Positions 30,495 to 40,875 of a stretch of 64,000 nt of DNA are shown here, piece by piece. The DNA is taken from positions 128,001 through 192,000 of the forward strand of contig CAXXGO010000005.1 of assembly GCA_963666835.2 (NCBI GenBank), written 5' to 3'. The translations under genes and the position numbers were made by a program. The notes beneath the pieces were generated by a model. That model was given only the letters and a program-made list of their open reading frames with translations. It did not search any database and had not been told where the DNA came from. This DNA is from Phycisphaerae bacterium (GTDB taxonomy: Bacteria; Planctomycetota; Phycisphaerae; UBA1845). The stretch's first letter is position 1; each line of letters begins with the position of its first letter.

Positions 30495-32699
30495 TTACTT
30501 GCACACCCCGCGGTGGCATCTGTTGGAGCAGCATTCAGCGTCAAGGGTGCATACTTCACCGCGTGGCAGACACGAGCACGCCGGATCACCATCGCAATCG
30601 GTATCATCGCAATCGGTATAGTTGTCGCAGTCGTTGTCGACTCCATCGGTGCAACTGGTTTCGGTTGAGGGCGGTGTTCCACAATCCGCGGGACAGTTAC
30701 ATTGGTCTTCACCGGCATCGCAGGTGCCGTCACCGCAGTACGGGGCCGATCCGCAATCGATCGCGCAGTTGTAGCTGTCCTCAGCACCCTCGCAGGTCAG
30801 GTCGCCGCAGCAGTAGGATTCGCCGGGCGTATCGCTGCAATCGAAGCCGTCACTAGTGCACCGCGAGTCCGAACACCCGACGGGGTTCGATCCGTCTCCG
30901 TCCCCGCAGCAGAAGCGTCCCGAGGGTTTCCCGGTCTGTACGCCGTTGCAGTCTTCGGGGCACGATACGCAATCCTCGCCGCTGCTCGGCTCGCACACGC
31001 CGTTGCCGCATGCACCGCCCACACCACTGATGCAATCGCTGGGGCAGTTATAGCAGTCCTCTCCTGACTCACAGGTGCCGTCGCCGTCACAGATGCACGC
31101 GGGATCGGAGCTGCAATCGTCGTCATCGCAGTCCGTGCCGTTGTCGCAGTCGTTGTCGACGCCATCGTTGCAATTGGTTTCAGTTGAAGGCGGGGTTCCG
31201 CAATCGGCGGGGCAGTTGCACTGGTCTTCACCGGAATCGCAGGTCCCGTCTCCGCAGAAACTCGAGCCGGACACCAGCGTATCAACGTACGCGGCCCCGG
31301 TGCTGCCCGGATCAAGCCAGTCGCTCAGACGCGACGAGGATGACCCGCCACCGGTCCAGGACACCGAGAACTTGCCGTACCAATCCGAGCTGTCATTGCC
31401 GCAGGCCGCATAACCCCCGTGCAACTGGCCGATCACGTGATGGTCCTGGTTGAACAACGGCGATCCCGAGGAGCCGCCCTCCGTCGTGCCCAGGTCCCAA
31501 TCGATAACCCGGACATGCGTGCCATCACCGGGTACTGTCGTGCTCAGGTAGCTTGTGGTCGTAGTGGAGTCGTACTCGAAGCTTATGCGTTTTTCGTCAC
31601 AACTGGGGTGGTGAATCGCCACGGCCGTGCTGGCATCCGCTCCCGTTCGATCCCAGCCGGCGTAAGTGATGTTCCAACTCGGATCCGGATCTTCGTCGAG
31701 TTCGACAAGCGTGAAATCGGAGTCGCCATACTCCGCCCGGAAGTACGAACCGGACTGCCAGTCGCTCAGGCTCCCGTCCGGCGTACCGCCGCAGGAGGAC
31801 GTTTCGTAGTTCCAATAGGCCACAAGCGACGACGCGTTGTATGACCGGATGCCGCAGTGGTACGCCGTCATGAAATAGGGCGTCTCGTCCTCCGCCGTGT
31901 TGTTGACCATGAATCCGGTGCAGAACAGGCTGCCACCTGTCGAGATCACGGCGACGGATGGGATCTCGTCCCACCAAGCGTCGCCTTCCGGGCAAACCAC
32001 ATCGACATTGCACGTGCCGGACTTGTCGCCTCCGACTTTGCCGAAACCGCGGTAGCCGACGTTGATTGAGGTCAGCTCGAGTCTGAGTTCATCTCGCACT
32101 GCGGTAGGTATCGTGACTTCGATGACCACCTCGTCGACCGGAATAATCGGCGTCCAAAGCTCGCCGTGCTCCTCGTTGTCTGCTGGAGTGAACGGCCGGA
32201 TGACTTTGCTGAAGTCCGAAGCGTAGATGAACATCTGCCCGCCTTCAGGCATGTGATACTGCGCGAAGCCGAGATTCAGCGATTTCGCTCCCGGCGAGGA
32301 GACCTTCATCCGCCAAACGAGGGTGTCTGCAGCGACTTTCTCCCAGATACCGTTACGGTCCGGGGTCATGCTCACTGCGTTCGGGATAGCGAACCGCGGG
32401 GCGAGCCCGGCCCGCTCGCGTTGCTCATCCTCAAGTGCTACCGCCTGGAGGTCTGCCGGCGATGCGTGCGCGACGGGCACCGAGTTCTGTTCGATCAAAA
32501 CGTTAGCTTGAGTCAGTGCGGTGGGTTGGTTTCGGTCGATGATCGTCCGAACCGATGTCGCCGGATCCTGCTCTTGCCCGGCTGTCGCCACCGGCGGGCG
32601 AGACAGCACAAGGAAGGCGGACGCTGCCAACCCGGTCACCAGCAGCGCAAGCCCGCGCGAACGGACTGTCCACCTCGATACTCTATTCCATCTTCCCAT
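30495..32699 (-). CDS. Secreted lysyl endopeptidase-like protease with Cys-rich C-terminal repeats
   Basis: CTGFMVNN, YFMTAYHC, SDFTLVEL, GGSSGSP; repeated CGDGTCDxGEDQCNCPADCG..DGVDNDCD. Confidence 0.88.
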   Translation of the reverse strand: MGRWNRVSRWTVRSRGLALLVTGLAASAFLVLSRPPVATAGQEQDPATSVRTIIDRNQPTALTQANVLIEQNSVPVAHASPADLQAVALEDEQRERAGLAPRFAIPNAVSMTPDRNGIWEKVAADTLVWRMKVSSPGAKSLNLGFAQYHMPEGGQMFIYASDFSKVIRPFTPADNEEHGELWTPIIPVDEVVIEVTIPTAVRDELRLELTSINVGYRGFGKVGGDKSGTCNVDVVCPEGDAWWDEIPSVAVISTGGSLFCTGFMVNNTAEDETPYFMTAYHCGIRSYNASSLVAYWNYETSSCGGTPDGSLSDWQSGSYFRAEYGDSDFTLVELDEDPDPSWNITYAGWDRTGADASTAVAIHHPSCDEKRISFEYDSTTTTSYLSTTVPGDGTHVRVIDWDLGTTEGGSSGSPLFNQDHHVIGQLHGGYAACGNDSSDWYGKFSVSWTGGGSSSSRLSDWLDPGSTGAAYVDTLVSGSSFCGDGTCDSGEDQCNCPADCGTPPSTETNCNDGVDNDCDNGTDCDDDDCSSDPACICDGDGTCESGEDCYNCPSDCISGVGGACGNGVCEPSSGEDCVSCPEDCNGVQTGKPSGRFCCGDGDGSNPVGCSDSRCTSDGFDCSDTPGESYCCGDLTCEGAEDSYNCAIDCGSAPYCGDGTCDAGEDQCNCPADCGTPPSTETSCTDGVDNDCDNYTDCDDTDCDGDPACSCLPRGEVCTLDAECCSNRCHRGVCK

Positions 32700-33268
32700 T
32701 CCTCGATCCTCCTATGATTGGTGTGTCGCCTGACAACGTGACACGCTCGCAAAAGCGGCGCAGCCGAACGACTCGGCTCCGTCACACACAAAAAGGTCGG
32801 TACTGCGCCGTAGCGAATCTCGGAGCAGCGAAGAAGCTGATGCCTGACCAGAAGAGGGTTCCACAACATCACCAAGGTAGCAGGGCTCGGAGGCGAATTC
32901 AAGGTTGATTTCGCCGAGGATGAGTGGTGGGCGCAGCGTGGCGGTGCTTGCGAACCCGCCGTGTCGACGAGCATCCGCGAATGCCGCAGCCACATTGTGA
33001 CCTCGGATTCCCGCGCGCGAAGTCACATTGGCGATGCCGGATTCGCCCGGCGCCTTGCGTTTCTGCGTGACGTTCACCAATCGTGTAGACATCTGCCGCT
33101 TGCGGGTATTCCCGGACTTTGCTCAGCTCTGGTTACTTCTGACGTACGTGCCGTCGGGTTTCCGTACTCGGTCACACGCAAAGGTCGTTAAATCGGCATC
33201 GTCTGTACCGAGTTCTCTACGGTTGCGAATGGCTGTACTGATTGGTGCATCGGTGGCGTAGCGGTGTG

Positions 33269-34555
33269 CTAGGGTGGGGCGGAGCGCGTGGTGGACGCCG
33301 GGTTCGGCGGACGCCGGCTACCAGTTCCACCGGTCTGTCCGGCCACGATGGCGGATGGTACGGGAAACGGCGATAGCGCACGTTCCAGAATGCCCAGGCA
33401 GCGCGCGATCGTCAGACCGTAGTTCGTCATCGGTACGCCGGCCTGCCGGCATCGTTCGAGCCGGCTGAGCACGGAACGGCGATTGTGGACGCACGCTCCG
33501 CAATGAATGACCAGTTTGTAGGTGTCCAGGTCCGCCGGGAAGTCATGCCCTTGCACGTGGGTGATGTCGAGCTTGCCGCCGACGTACTGCGCGAGCCAGT
33601 GGGGGATCTTCTCGCGCCCGATGTCATCGGCAATCGGATGATGTGTGCAAGCCTCCGCGATTAATACGCGGTCGCCGCTTCGCAGATTGTCAATGGCCAG
33701 GGCTCCGTGAGTGAAGGACGCCAAATCACCCTTGAAACGCGCAAACAGAATGGAAAACGACGTCATGGGCACCTGGGGAGGGGTATCTTCGTGGACCTTC
33801 AGAAACGCCTGGGAGTCCGTTACCACCAAGTCCGGTGGCTGCTTCAGCCGGTTGAAGGCGTCGCGCAGCTCGTGCTCTTTCACAACCAGCGCGTACGCAT
33901 CGTTATCCAGTAGATTACGTATGGACTGCACTTGCGGTAGAATCAACCTACCCTTGGGCGCTTCCTTATCGATTGGGACGACAAGAACCACGAGTCCGCC
34001 GGCCGGCACGAGATCTCCCAGGATCGTAGGTGTGTTGATGAACTCGTCGGGCACGATGCCGATCAACGCTTGCCGTAAGTCGTCCACGCCGTGCCGAGTG
34101 TTGGCGTTGGTTTCCACGACCGCGACCCCCTCATCCTGAAGTCGTTGCCGCAGCGCTGCGTCCGGTGCTCCCAGGTCGGACTTGTTGAAGACCACTATTG
34201 TAGGCGTGGCACGCTCCTGCAACTCTGCAAGAAGCTGTTGCTCGAACGCGCTCCACGCACCGGCGGAGACGACGAGCAAGGCCACTTCCGTACGATCGAT
34301 GACTCGCCGCGAACGCTCTACGCGTTGGGTTCCTAATGCGCCGACGTCATCGATGCCGGCCGTGTCGATGAACAGCACCGGTCCGATCGGCAGTAGTTCC
34401 ATGGGCTTCTCGACGGGATCTGTGGTTGTACCGGCGACCTCGGAGACGATCGATACCGACTGCCGCGTCAGCGCGTTGAGCAACGACGACTTGCCGACGT
34501 TACGCCGTCCAAACAAAGCGATGTGGAGTCGCATTCCTTTTGGAGCCGGCTGCAT
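33269..34555 (-). CDS. hydF: [FeFe]-hydrogenase maturation GTPase
   Basis: GRRNVGKS, DTAG, APKGRLILPQ, EACTHH, HCGAC. Confidence 0.95.
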   Translation of the reverse strand: MQPAPKGMRLHIALFGRRNVGKSSLLNALTRQSVSIVSEVAGTTTDPVEKPMELLPIGPVLFIDTAGIDDVGALGTQRVERSRRVIDRTEVALLVVSAGAWSAFEQQLLAELQERATPTIVVFNKSDLGAPDAALRQRLQDEGVAVVETNANTRHGVDDLRQALIGIVPDEFINTPTILGDLVPAGGLVVLVVPIDKEAPKGRLILPQVQSIRNLLDNDAYALVVKEHELRDAFNRLKQPPDLVVTDSQAFLKVHEDTPPQVPMTSFSILFARFKGDLASFTHGALAIDNLRSGDRVLIAEACTHHPIADDIGREKIPHWLAQYVGGKLDITHVQGHDFPADLDTYKLVIHCGACVHNRRSVLSRLERCRQAGVPMTNYGLTIARCLGILERALSPFPVPSAIVAGQTGGTGSRRPPNPASTTRSAPP

Positions 34556-34674
34556 TATGTGTTTCTCCTAGGTGTTACGCCGCGCGCAAAGGTGCGGGGC
34601 CAATCCACGTTATTCGCCGTATCTGCACTGCTCAAGAGCAGTGGCACACCTGAAGACCTTGGTGTGACGTAGCA

Positions 34675-36105
34675 TTAGAGGTACAGGTCCCGAGCGTCGG
34701 TCTCCTTGATCTGCCGCAGCCGGCTGGCCACGGCTACACGCTGCTTTTCGTCGTCGATTCCCGCCAGCTCTGCAGCGATTAGCCGATCGGCGGCCGCCTG
34801 GGTCTCTGGCGATGCGTAGTCCATCAGGTATTCCTGCAGCGTCGTCAGGGCATTGGGTGTGCAGAACTGTTGGATGAAACCGGGAATCGCATACTCCATA
34901 AAGTGCTCGCCGGTTCGGCCCAGTCGATAGCACGCGGTGCAGAAGCTCGGAATGTAGCCGTCCTCGAGCAACTCGCGCATGACTTCGTCCAGTGAGCGGA
35001 CGTCGGCGATTTGGAACTGGCTTCGCTCCGGTTTGGGGGGCTGTTGCATCGCCGTATACCCACCCAGCTCGATTCGCGTCCCGGCGTCGATCTGGGAGAC
35101 GCCGAATGCCAGCACTTCGCGCCGCAGTTCCGCTCTTTCACGTGCGGTCAGGATCAATCCGGTGTACGGAACCGCCAGCCGCAGCGTGGCTACAATACGT
35201 TTGAAGTCAAAATCACTCACCTCGTAACGCCGGTCGAACTCGACGCCCTGAGCGGGGCGGATGCGGGGGAAGCTGATCGTGTGCGGGCCCACACCGAACC
35301 GTGTGCCTAGGTGACGGGCATGCGTCACAAGACCGAGCACCTCGAATCGCCAATCGTACAAGCCGAACAGTACGCCGATGCCCACATCGTCAATCCCGGC
35401 CTCCTGAGCCCGATTCAATGCGTCCAGCCGGTAGAGGTAATCGCCTTTACGCGTGTCGGTGGGGTGGTAGTGCGTATACGTTTGCGGGTGATAGGTTTCT
35501 TGAAACACCTGGTAAGTGCCGATCCCGGCCTCGTGCACAATACGGTAGCCCTCGACATCGAGCGGAGCGGCGTTGATGTTCACCCGGCGGATCTCACCGT
35601 GCCCGACCTTGGTGTCGTAGACCGCACGGACACACTCAGCAATGCCCTGCGGGTTGTATCTGGGGTGCTCTCCAAAAACGAGGATCAACCGCTTGTGCCC
35701 TTGCTGTTCGAGAGCCCGCACCTGTTGGCGGACTTCATCCGGCTCCAGTGTGCGTCGGTCGACATCCGGGTTCGAACGCCTAAAGGCGCAGTACCGGCAA
35801 TCGTTGGCGCACAGATTGCCCACGTATAACGGGGCGAACAGCACGATACGATTACCGTAGACGTCCCGCTTCAGCCGGCGGGCCGCTTCGAAGGTCTCTT
35901 CGATCGATTCCGGATTCCGGATGCGAAGCAACGCCGCGGTTTCCTGTTCGTTTAAGGCCTCTTTGGACAGGCTCTTCGCGATAATCGCGCGTACTTCGGC
36001 CGCGTCCGGCGGTGCTAGGGTTAGCAGATGGCTGAGCCGCGCGGCGTCGATGAAGTTGGTTGCGCCTTCGCTGAGCGTCATATCGGGTAATTTTCTCATG
36101 GTCAT
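34675..36105 (-). CDS. hydG: [FeFe]-hydrogenase maturation radical SAM enzyme
   Basis: YGNRIVLFAPLY, CANDCRYC, FQETYH, PSFCTACY..C. Confidence 0.95.
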   Translation of the reverse strand: MTMRKLPDMTLSEGATNFIDAARLSHLLTLAPPDAAEVRAIIAKSLSKEALNEQETAALLRIRNPESIEETFEAARRLKRDVYGNRIVLFAPLYVGNLCANDCRYCAFRRSNPDVDRRTLEPDEVRQQVRALEQQGHKRLILVFGEHPRYNPQGIAECVRAVYDTKVGHGEIRRVNINAAPLDVEGYRIVHEAGIGTYQVFQETYHPQTYTHYHPTDTRKGDYLYRLDALNRAQEAGIDDVGIGVLFGLYDWRFEVLGLVTHARHLGTRFGVGPHTISFPRIRPAQGVEFDRRYEVSDFDFKRIVATLRLAVPYTGLILTARERAELRREVLAFGVSQIDAGTRIELGGYTAMQQPPKPERSQFQIADVRSLDEVMRELLEDGYIPSFCTACYRLGRTGEHFMEYAIPGFIQQFCTPNALTTLQEYLMDYASPETQAAADRLIAAELAGIDDEKQRVAVASRLRQIKETDARDLYL

Positions 36106-37184
36106 GCCCACCTCGCTTTGGGTAACGCCGTATCATTGTGGGTGCGGCGGTGCATGTTGGGTGCGTCGCCTCGTCCGACTCCGACGGTTCGCCCCAGGGC
36201 TGCGATCCGCTCGCGGAGTAGAGCCAGGGTTGCCGGTGAGTCATCGTAATTGCAGGCCTTCTCCGGGTAGATCTGATACTGTTCGCGATACTCCTCCGGA
36301 GTCAGGTTTGGCATGATTACGTTTGCTCCGCGCTGTAACGCGAGCATCTGGCCATCGATGCCGTATAGCGTCGCCACGGCCGTCGTACTGGGGATGTTCG
36401 CCAGCGGGCATAAAAGCCGGGTGAGTGCCATTACGATGTAGGTGGTGCTCGCCGTATTGGGTACTTGTTCGGCCGGGGGGGGCGCATGTTCCCCAGCCGT
36501 GCCCAACGGAGTTTCGGGGTGCGGTACGAAAGGGCCGACCCCGATCATGTCCAAATCCAATTCGCGAAAGAGCGCGAGGTCCCGGGCGAGATCCGCGTAG
36601 GTCTGCCCGGGGATACCGATCATCACGCCGCTACCGGTTTCATACCCCAGCTCACGCAGGAGCCGCAGCAATGCCAAGCGATCATTAGGACCGCCCGGTC
36701 GCGGCGGATGGATGCGTTTCAGCAGTTGGCGGTTAGAGGTCTCAAAGCGCAGCAGGTACCGATCGGCACCTACGACGCGCCATGCCGCAAGTTCATCCGG
36801 TAGACGTTCCCCCAGACTCAGTGTAATCGCCAGAGTTGTCTCTGCTTTGATCCGCCGGATCACGTCCGCGACCCATTCGCGGTCGAGCACCGGATCTTCG
36901 CCGGCCTGCAGCACGACCGTGCCGAATCCCAGCGCAACTGTCCGGCGGGCGCAGGTGACGACCTCATCCGCGGTCATTCGGTAGCGGTTGACTTTGCGGT
37001 TCGGAGCCCTGAGACCGCAATACTCGCACAGCCGTGTGCACCAGTTGGAAACCTCGATCAACCCGCGCAGATGGACGGCCTCGCCGACATGCTCTCTGCG
37101 GACGGCTTCGGCCCGCTGCCAGAGCGTGCCCAGCCGCGAGGTGTCGGTTTCGTGCAGCCAATGGAGCAGCTCGCTATGCGTCAT
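36102..37184 (-). CDS. hydE: [FeFe]-hydrogenase maturation radical SAM enzyme
   Basis: LRGLIEVSNWCTRLCEYCGLR, YLLRFET, GANVIMPN, YQIYPEK. Confidence 0.92.
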   Translation of the reverse strand: MTHSELLHWLHETDTSRLGTLWQRAEAVRREHVGEAVHLRGLIEVSNWCTRLCEYCGLRAPNRKVNRYRMTADEVVTCARRTVALGFGTVVLQAGEDPVLDREWVADVIRRIKAETTLAITLSLGERLPDELAAWRVVGADRYLLRFETSNRQLLKRIHPPRPGGPNDRLALLRLLRELGYETGSGVMIGIPGQTYADLARDLALFRELDLDMIGVGPFVPHPETPLGTAGEHAPPPAEQVPNTASTTYIVMALTRLLCPLANIPSTTAVATLYGIDGQMLALQRGANVIMPNLTPEEYREQYQIYPEKACNYDDSPATLALLRERIAALGRTVGVGRGDAPNMHRRTHNDTALPKARWA

Positions 37185-38325
37185 TCTCAGACTCCGCCGG
37201 AGCCGTATGCCTATTAAGAAGCACTGTGAAGCTGCTGCCGACATCCGCCTCACTCTCGACCGACACACGCCCTCGATACAGCTCGGCGATCTTCTTCACA
37301 ATCGCCAGCCCAAGCCCACTGCCCGGGATGTCGCGTGTCTTCTCGTTCTTGATGCGCGAGAAGTCCTGGAATAGCCGGTCCGCTTCGTCGGGAGCCATAC
37401 CGATTCCGGTGTCCCTAACGACGATTGTGATCGTCTCGTCGTCGCTGTCGAGGGTGACGGTTACGGTGCCGTTGTCGCGATTGTACTTGACGGCATTCGA
37501 CACGAGGTTGTCCAGCACGATGTCGATCTCGCCCTGGTCGGCCTCCATCGTGATGGCGCCGGCGTGTTCAATTGCGAGCTTGATTCCGCGCTCGTCGGCC
37601 CGGGGCTTGACGCCTTCGACGGCAGCCAAAGCTGCGGCGTGTACGTCGACCGTGCTGAACTCGCGCTTTTTCTGGCCTGATTCTATGCGCGTCATATCGA
37701 GCAAGTCGGCAATGAGTTTGCGCATTCCCCCGGCGCGGATGAGCGAGCGTTTTATCATTTGGTCGTACGCCCCGATTTCGGCGCCGGCAACCCGCTCCTG
37801 CATCAGGTTAAGGTAGCTCTCGATCGCCCCGAGCGGGCTTTTCAACTCGTGTCCCAACACGCGAATGAAATCGAACCGCACGCGCCGCTTCTCTTCCGCC
37901 AGCTCGTGCGCCCGCCGCTTCACCATCAGGTGCGCCGCCGCCTTATCTACCGTTTCCTTCAGCTCTTCCGGAGTAAAGGGCTTGGTGAGAAAGTCAAAAG
38001 CTCCGGATTTCGTCGCCCGCACGGCGGTCTCGATCGTTGCGAAGGCGGTAATCATAATGACGAGCATGTCCGGCTCGCGCGGGCGGAGCTGATCGAGCAC
38101 GTCTACCCCCGTTATGCCGCCCAGTTTGTGGTCCAGTAGCATCAGATCAAACGTCTGCTCGGCGAGGATCTCAAGCGCCTTTTCTCCACTGTCGGCCTCG
38201 GTGAACTCGAAACCGACCTCGCTTTCGATTTCCGGCAGGCGTACGGTGTGATTAACGAGCCCGCGCTTGATGCTGTGCCGCATCCCCGGCTCGTCGTCCA
38301 CCACGAATACGCGCAGCTTGTTCAT
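37174..38325 (-). CDS. REC-HisKA-HATPase hybrid kinase
   Basis: VVDDE, LLDHK, KPF, HELKSPL, NAVKYN, GSGLGL. Confidence 0.9.
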   Translation of the reverse strand: MNKLRVFVVDDEPGMRHSIKRGLVNHTVRLPEIESEVGFEFTEADSGEKALEILAEQTFDLMLLDHKLGGITGVDVLDQLRPREPDMLVIMITAFATIETAVRATKSGAFDFLTKPFTPEELKETVDKAAAHLMVKRRAHELAEEKRRVRFDFIRVLGHELKSPLGAIESYLNLMQERVAGAEIGAYDQMIKRSLIRAGGMRKLIADLLDMTRIESGQKKREFSTVDVHAAALAAVEGVKPRADERGIKLAIEHAGAITMEADQGEIDIVLDNLVSNAVKYNRDNGTVTVTLDSDDETITIVVRDTGIGMAPDEADRLFQDFSRIKNEKTRDIPGSGLGLAIVKKIAELYRGRVSVESEADVGSSFTVLLNRHTAPAESENDA

Positions 38326-38329
38326 GCCG

Positions 38330-38716
38330 TTACTCCTTCAGGAGCCGGTCCAGCTCGCGCCACAACTGTTCGGAGCGCACCGGCTTGGCCAGCAAGGCAT
38401 CCGCCTTAATCCACGACCGATCGCCGCCGGACGCTCCGCCGAAATCCAGCCCGGTTTCGCTGGTGACGGCGGTCACCATTATCACCGGGATCGAGGCATC
38501 AAGCCTTTTGATGTGGTGGCATAGGGAGAATCCGCCGTCGACTTCTTCCATCATCAGGTCGATAACCGCGACGTCCGGTCGCCAATCGCTTAGCCTGGCC
38601 TTCGCCTCGGCGACGCCTTCGGCGGTCGTTACTTCGTACCCGGCGCTCTCGAGCAACGTCTGCGTGCTCAGCACAAAGTCCGGATCGTCATCGACCAGCA
38701 GTACGTGTTTGCTCAT
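38330..38716 (-). CDS. Single-domain response regulator
   Basis: LLVDDD, IDLMM, VTAV, KPV. Confidence 0.9.
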   Translation of the reverse strand: MSKHVLLVDDDPDFVLSTQTLLESAGYEVTTAEGVAEAKARLSDWRPDVAVIDLMMEEVDGGFSLCHHIKRLDASIPVIMVTAVTSETGLDFGGASGGDRSWIKADALLAKPVRSEQLWRELDRLLKE

Positions 38717-38806
38717 CCGTTCAAACCTCGCAAAACGGCCAACCGGCGACCTCGAGTGGTTTCACCGGGTTCTGTCCTTGTGGTGTCCATGCCATGTTTG
38801 AATCCA

Positions 38807-40822
38807 CTACTTCTCGTCCAACTGCACGCGACGGATTTGAGGTAGCGTTACATAGAACGTCGTTCCCGTCGGTCCCTGATTCGGATCAGTGTTTGACTCA
38901 AACCGAATGTCCCCATGATGCATCTTCACGATCCCGTAGATGACGGAGAGGCCCAAGCCCGTGCCCTCACCCGCCTTCTTGGTGGTGAAGAACGGCTCGA
39001 ATACCCTCGTCCGGTTCTTCTCCGGAATGCCCACGCCGGTGTCGGACACGCTAAACCATGCGTCGGGACCCTTCTTGCCGCAACGAAACGTCAACGTGCC
39101 CCCGCCCGGCATAGCTGCTACTGCGTTTGTTGCCAGGTTGGTTAGTACCTGCACGAGTTGATCGCTATCGACCTCGATCCGCACGTTCTTCTCGTCGTGC
39201 TCGATCTGAACGGCGACCCCCTCAGGCTTCTTGAGCGACCGCACGGCACGCTCGATCAGCTCCACGAGATCGCAGTCCCGCGCTTCCACCTTGTTCTTGC
39301 GGGCGAAGTGCAGCAGTCCCGCCACGATCTTCTTGCAGCGGTCCGCCTCACCGGCGATCATCGCCAGGTCTTCGCGCTGGGGGTCGTCTTGCTTGGTCTC
39401 GTCGAGCAGGATGTGCGACAACATCAAGACCGTGCCCAGCGGGTTATTAACTTCATGCGCGATGCCTGCCGCCAGTTGCCCCATACTCGCGAGCTTCTCC
39501 GACTGCATCAAGGCTTCCTGCGTCGATGCGAGCTGCTCGTTCGAGAAGGTCAGCTCACCACAGGTGCGTTTGAGCTCCTCTATGGTATACGGCAGGCACA
39601 TCTCACTCTCGGCTAGTCCGCGGTAGATCGCGATTGCGTGCTCGCGGCATGTTACATAACCGCAAGCACCGCAGTTCAATTCATCTTCCGGGGCGAATTT
39701 GCCCATTCGCCGCAGAATCCGCCGCACGCCTTCTTCGGATGGTTTATCAATGCGTTGGTCGTTTGCGATGTAGCGGCGGGTGAGGTCACAGCTCAGGCAA
39801 TCCGCCAGGTCGCGCTTCCAACGGGCGCGATCCAGCGTAGCCATGCGTTGTCGCACGAAACGGCTGACCAGGGCGCGCCGCCGGAATAGCGGAGCCTTCG
39901 AGCTGAAGCCCGGACCCATGATGCAGCCGTTGCAGCAAAGACATTCCAACAGTTGCACATCGAGGTCGCCGGACTCGAACTCGCGGATTGCCTCGACAAA
40001 CTCCTGGTGTCCGTCCGCCGCTACCACCTCGCCGGCCATGAGGTCTTCGCCGATCTCGGCCGCCTGCAACATCCCCCGGCTGATCGGAAACAGACCGCCG
40101 TGCGCACCGTGCGGGGGATCGAAATCAGAGGGCTCGACTTGATCGGGAGTGACGCCGGTCAGCTCGAACAACTGCCGCAACTCGATGAAGGTCATCACCG
40201 CGTTCACCTCACCGACGACCGGATCGCTGGAGGATTCACCCTTCTTCGCAATGCACGGCCCGATGAAGACAATCTGGAGCTCGTTACCGTGTCGCCGGTG
40301 GAGCGCCCGAGCGGTCGCGACCATGGGGGAGACGATCGGCGCTAACGCGTTAACCAGGCTGGGGTGATAGCGTTCGACATAACCAACGATGGCCGGGCAG
40401 CTTGTCGCGATGTAGCGCTGCTCGGGATCGCGCTCGAGAAGATGGCGGTACTCTACCGCCACCAGGTCCGCTCCGAAGGCCACCTCGTTTACCAGGTCAA
40501 AGCCCAGTTCCCGTAGCATCCCGACGAACACGCGAAAGTCCATGTCGACGAAATCGGCGGGGAAGCTCGGCGCGACGATGGCCGCCACGCGTGCCTCACT
40601 TTTCAAAAGAGCACGGATGTAGCCCAAATCGCTTGCGACGAGCTTGGCGTTCTGGCTGCATACCCGCACACAGTTGCCGCACCCGATGCAACGGTCCGGA
40701 ATGACCTCTGCCTGCTGATCTACGATGCGGATCGCCTTGGCAGGGCACTCGCGCACACACGTGTAGCAGACGCGGCAGCGTTCTTTGATCGTAGAAACCA
40801 GTGGTGCGTTGGCCGGCTTCAC
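38807..40822 (-). CDS. Sensory [FeFe]-hydrogenase-like domain fused to a histidine kinase (group C-like)
   Basis: 2x4Fe4S motifs, TSCPAIV, GPCIAKKGE, ECLCCNGCIMG, NCGACG, AGIAHEVNNP, GTGLGL. Confidence 0.85.
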   Translation of the reverse strand: MKPANAPLVSTIKERCRVCYTCVRECPAKAIRIVDQQAEVIPDRCIGCGNCVRVCSQNAKLVASDLGYIRALLKSEARVAAIVAPSFPADFVDMDFRVFVGMLRELGFDLVNEVAFGADLVAVEYRHLLERDPEQRYIATSCPAIVGYVERYHPSLVNALAPIVSPMVATARALHRRHGNELQIVFIGPCIAKKGESSSDPVVGEVNAVMTFIELRQLFELTGVTPDQVEPSDFDPPHGAHGGLFPISRGMLQAAEIGEDLMAGEVVAADGHQEFVEAIREFESGDLDVQLLECLCCNGCIMGPGFSSKAPLFRRRALVSRFVRQRMATLDRARWKRDLADCLSCDLTRRYIANDQRIDKPSEEGVRRILRRMGKFAPEDELNCGACGYVTCREHAIAIYRGLAESEMCLPYTIEELKRTCGELTFSNEQLASTQEALMQSEKLASMGQLAAGIAHEVNNPLGTVLMLSHILLDETKQDDPQREDLAMIAGEADRCKKIVAGLLHFARKNKVEARDCDLVELIERAVRSLKKPEGVAVQIEHDEKNVRIEVDSDQLVQVLTNLATNAVAAMPGGGTLTFRCGKKGPDAWFSVSDTGVGIPEKNRTRVFEPFFTTKKAGEGTGLGLSVIYGIVKMHHGDIRFESNTDPNQGPTGTTFYVTLPQIRRVQLDEK

Positions 40823-40875
40823 CGTCTGCTCTCCAACATTCCTGATCCGAGCTCCGTATCCCTGCGAGCCCGCCC

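Noticed and set aside
32700..33268. Riboswitch or ncRNA in a long intergenic region
   Set aside because: Only short hairpins; no recognisable riboswitch consensus.
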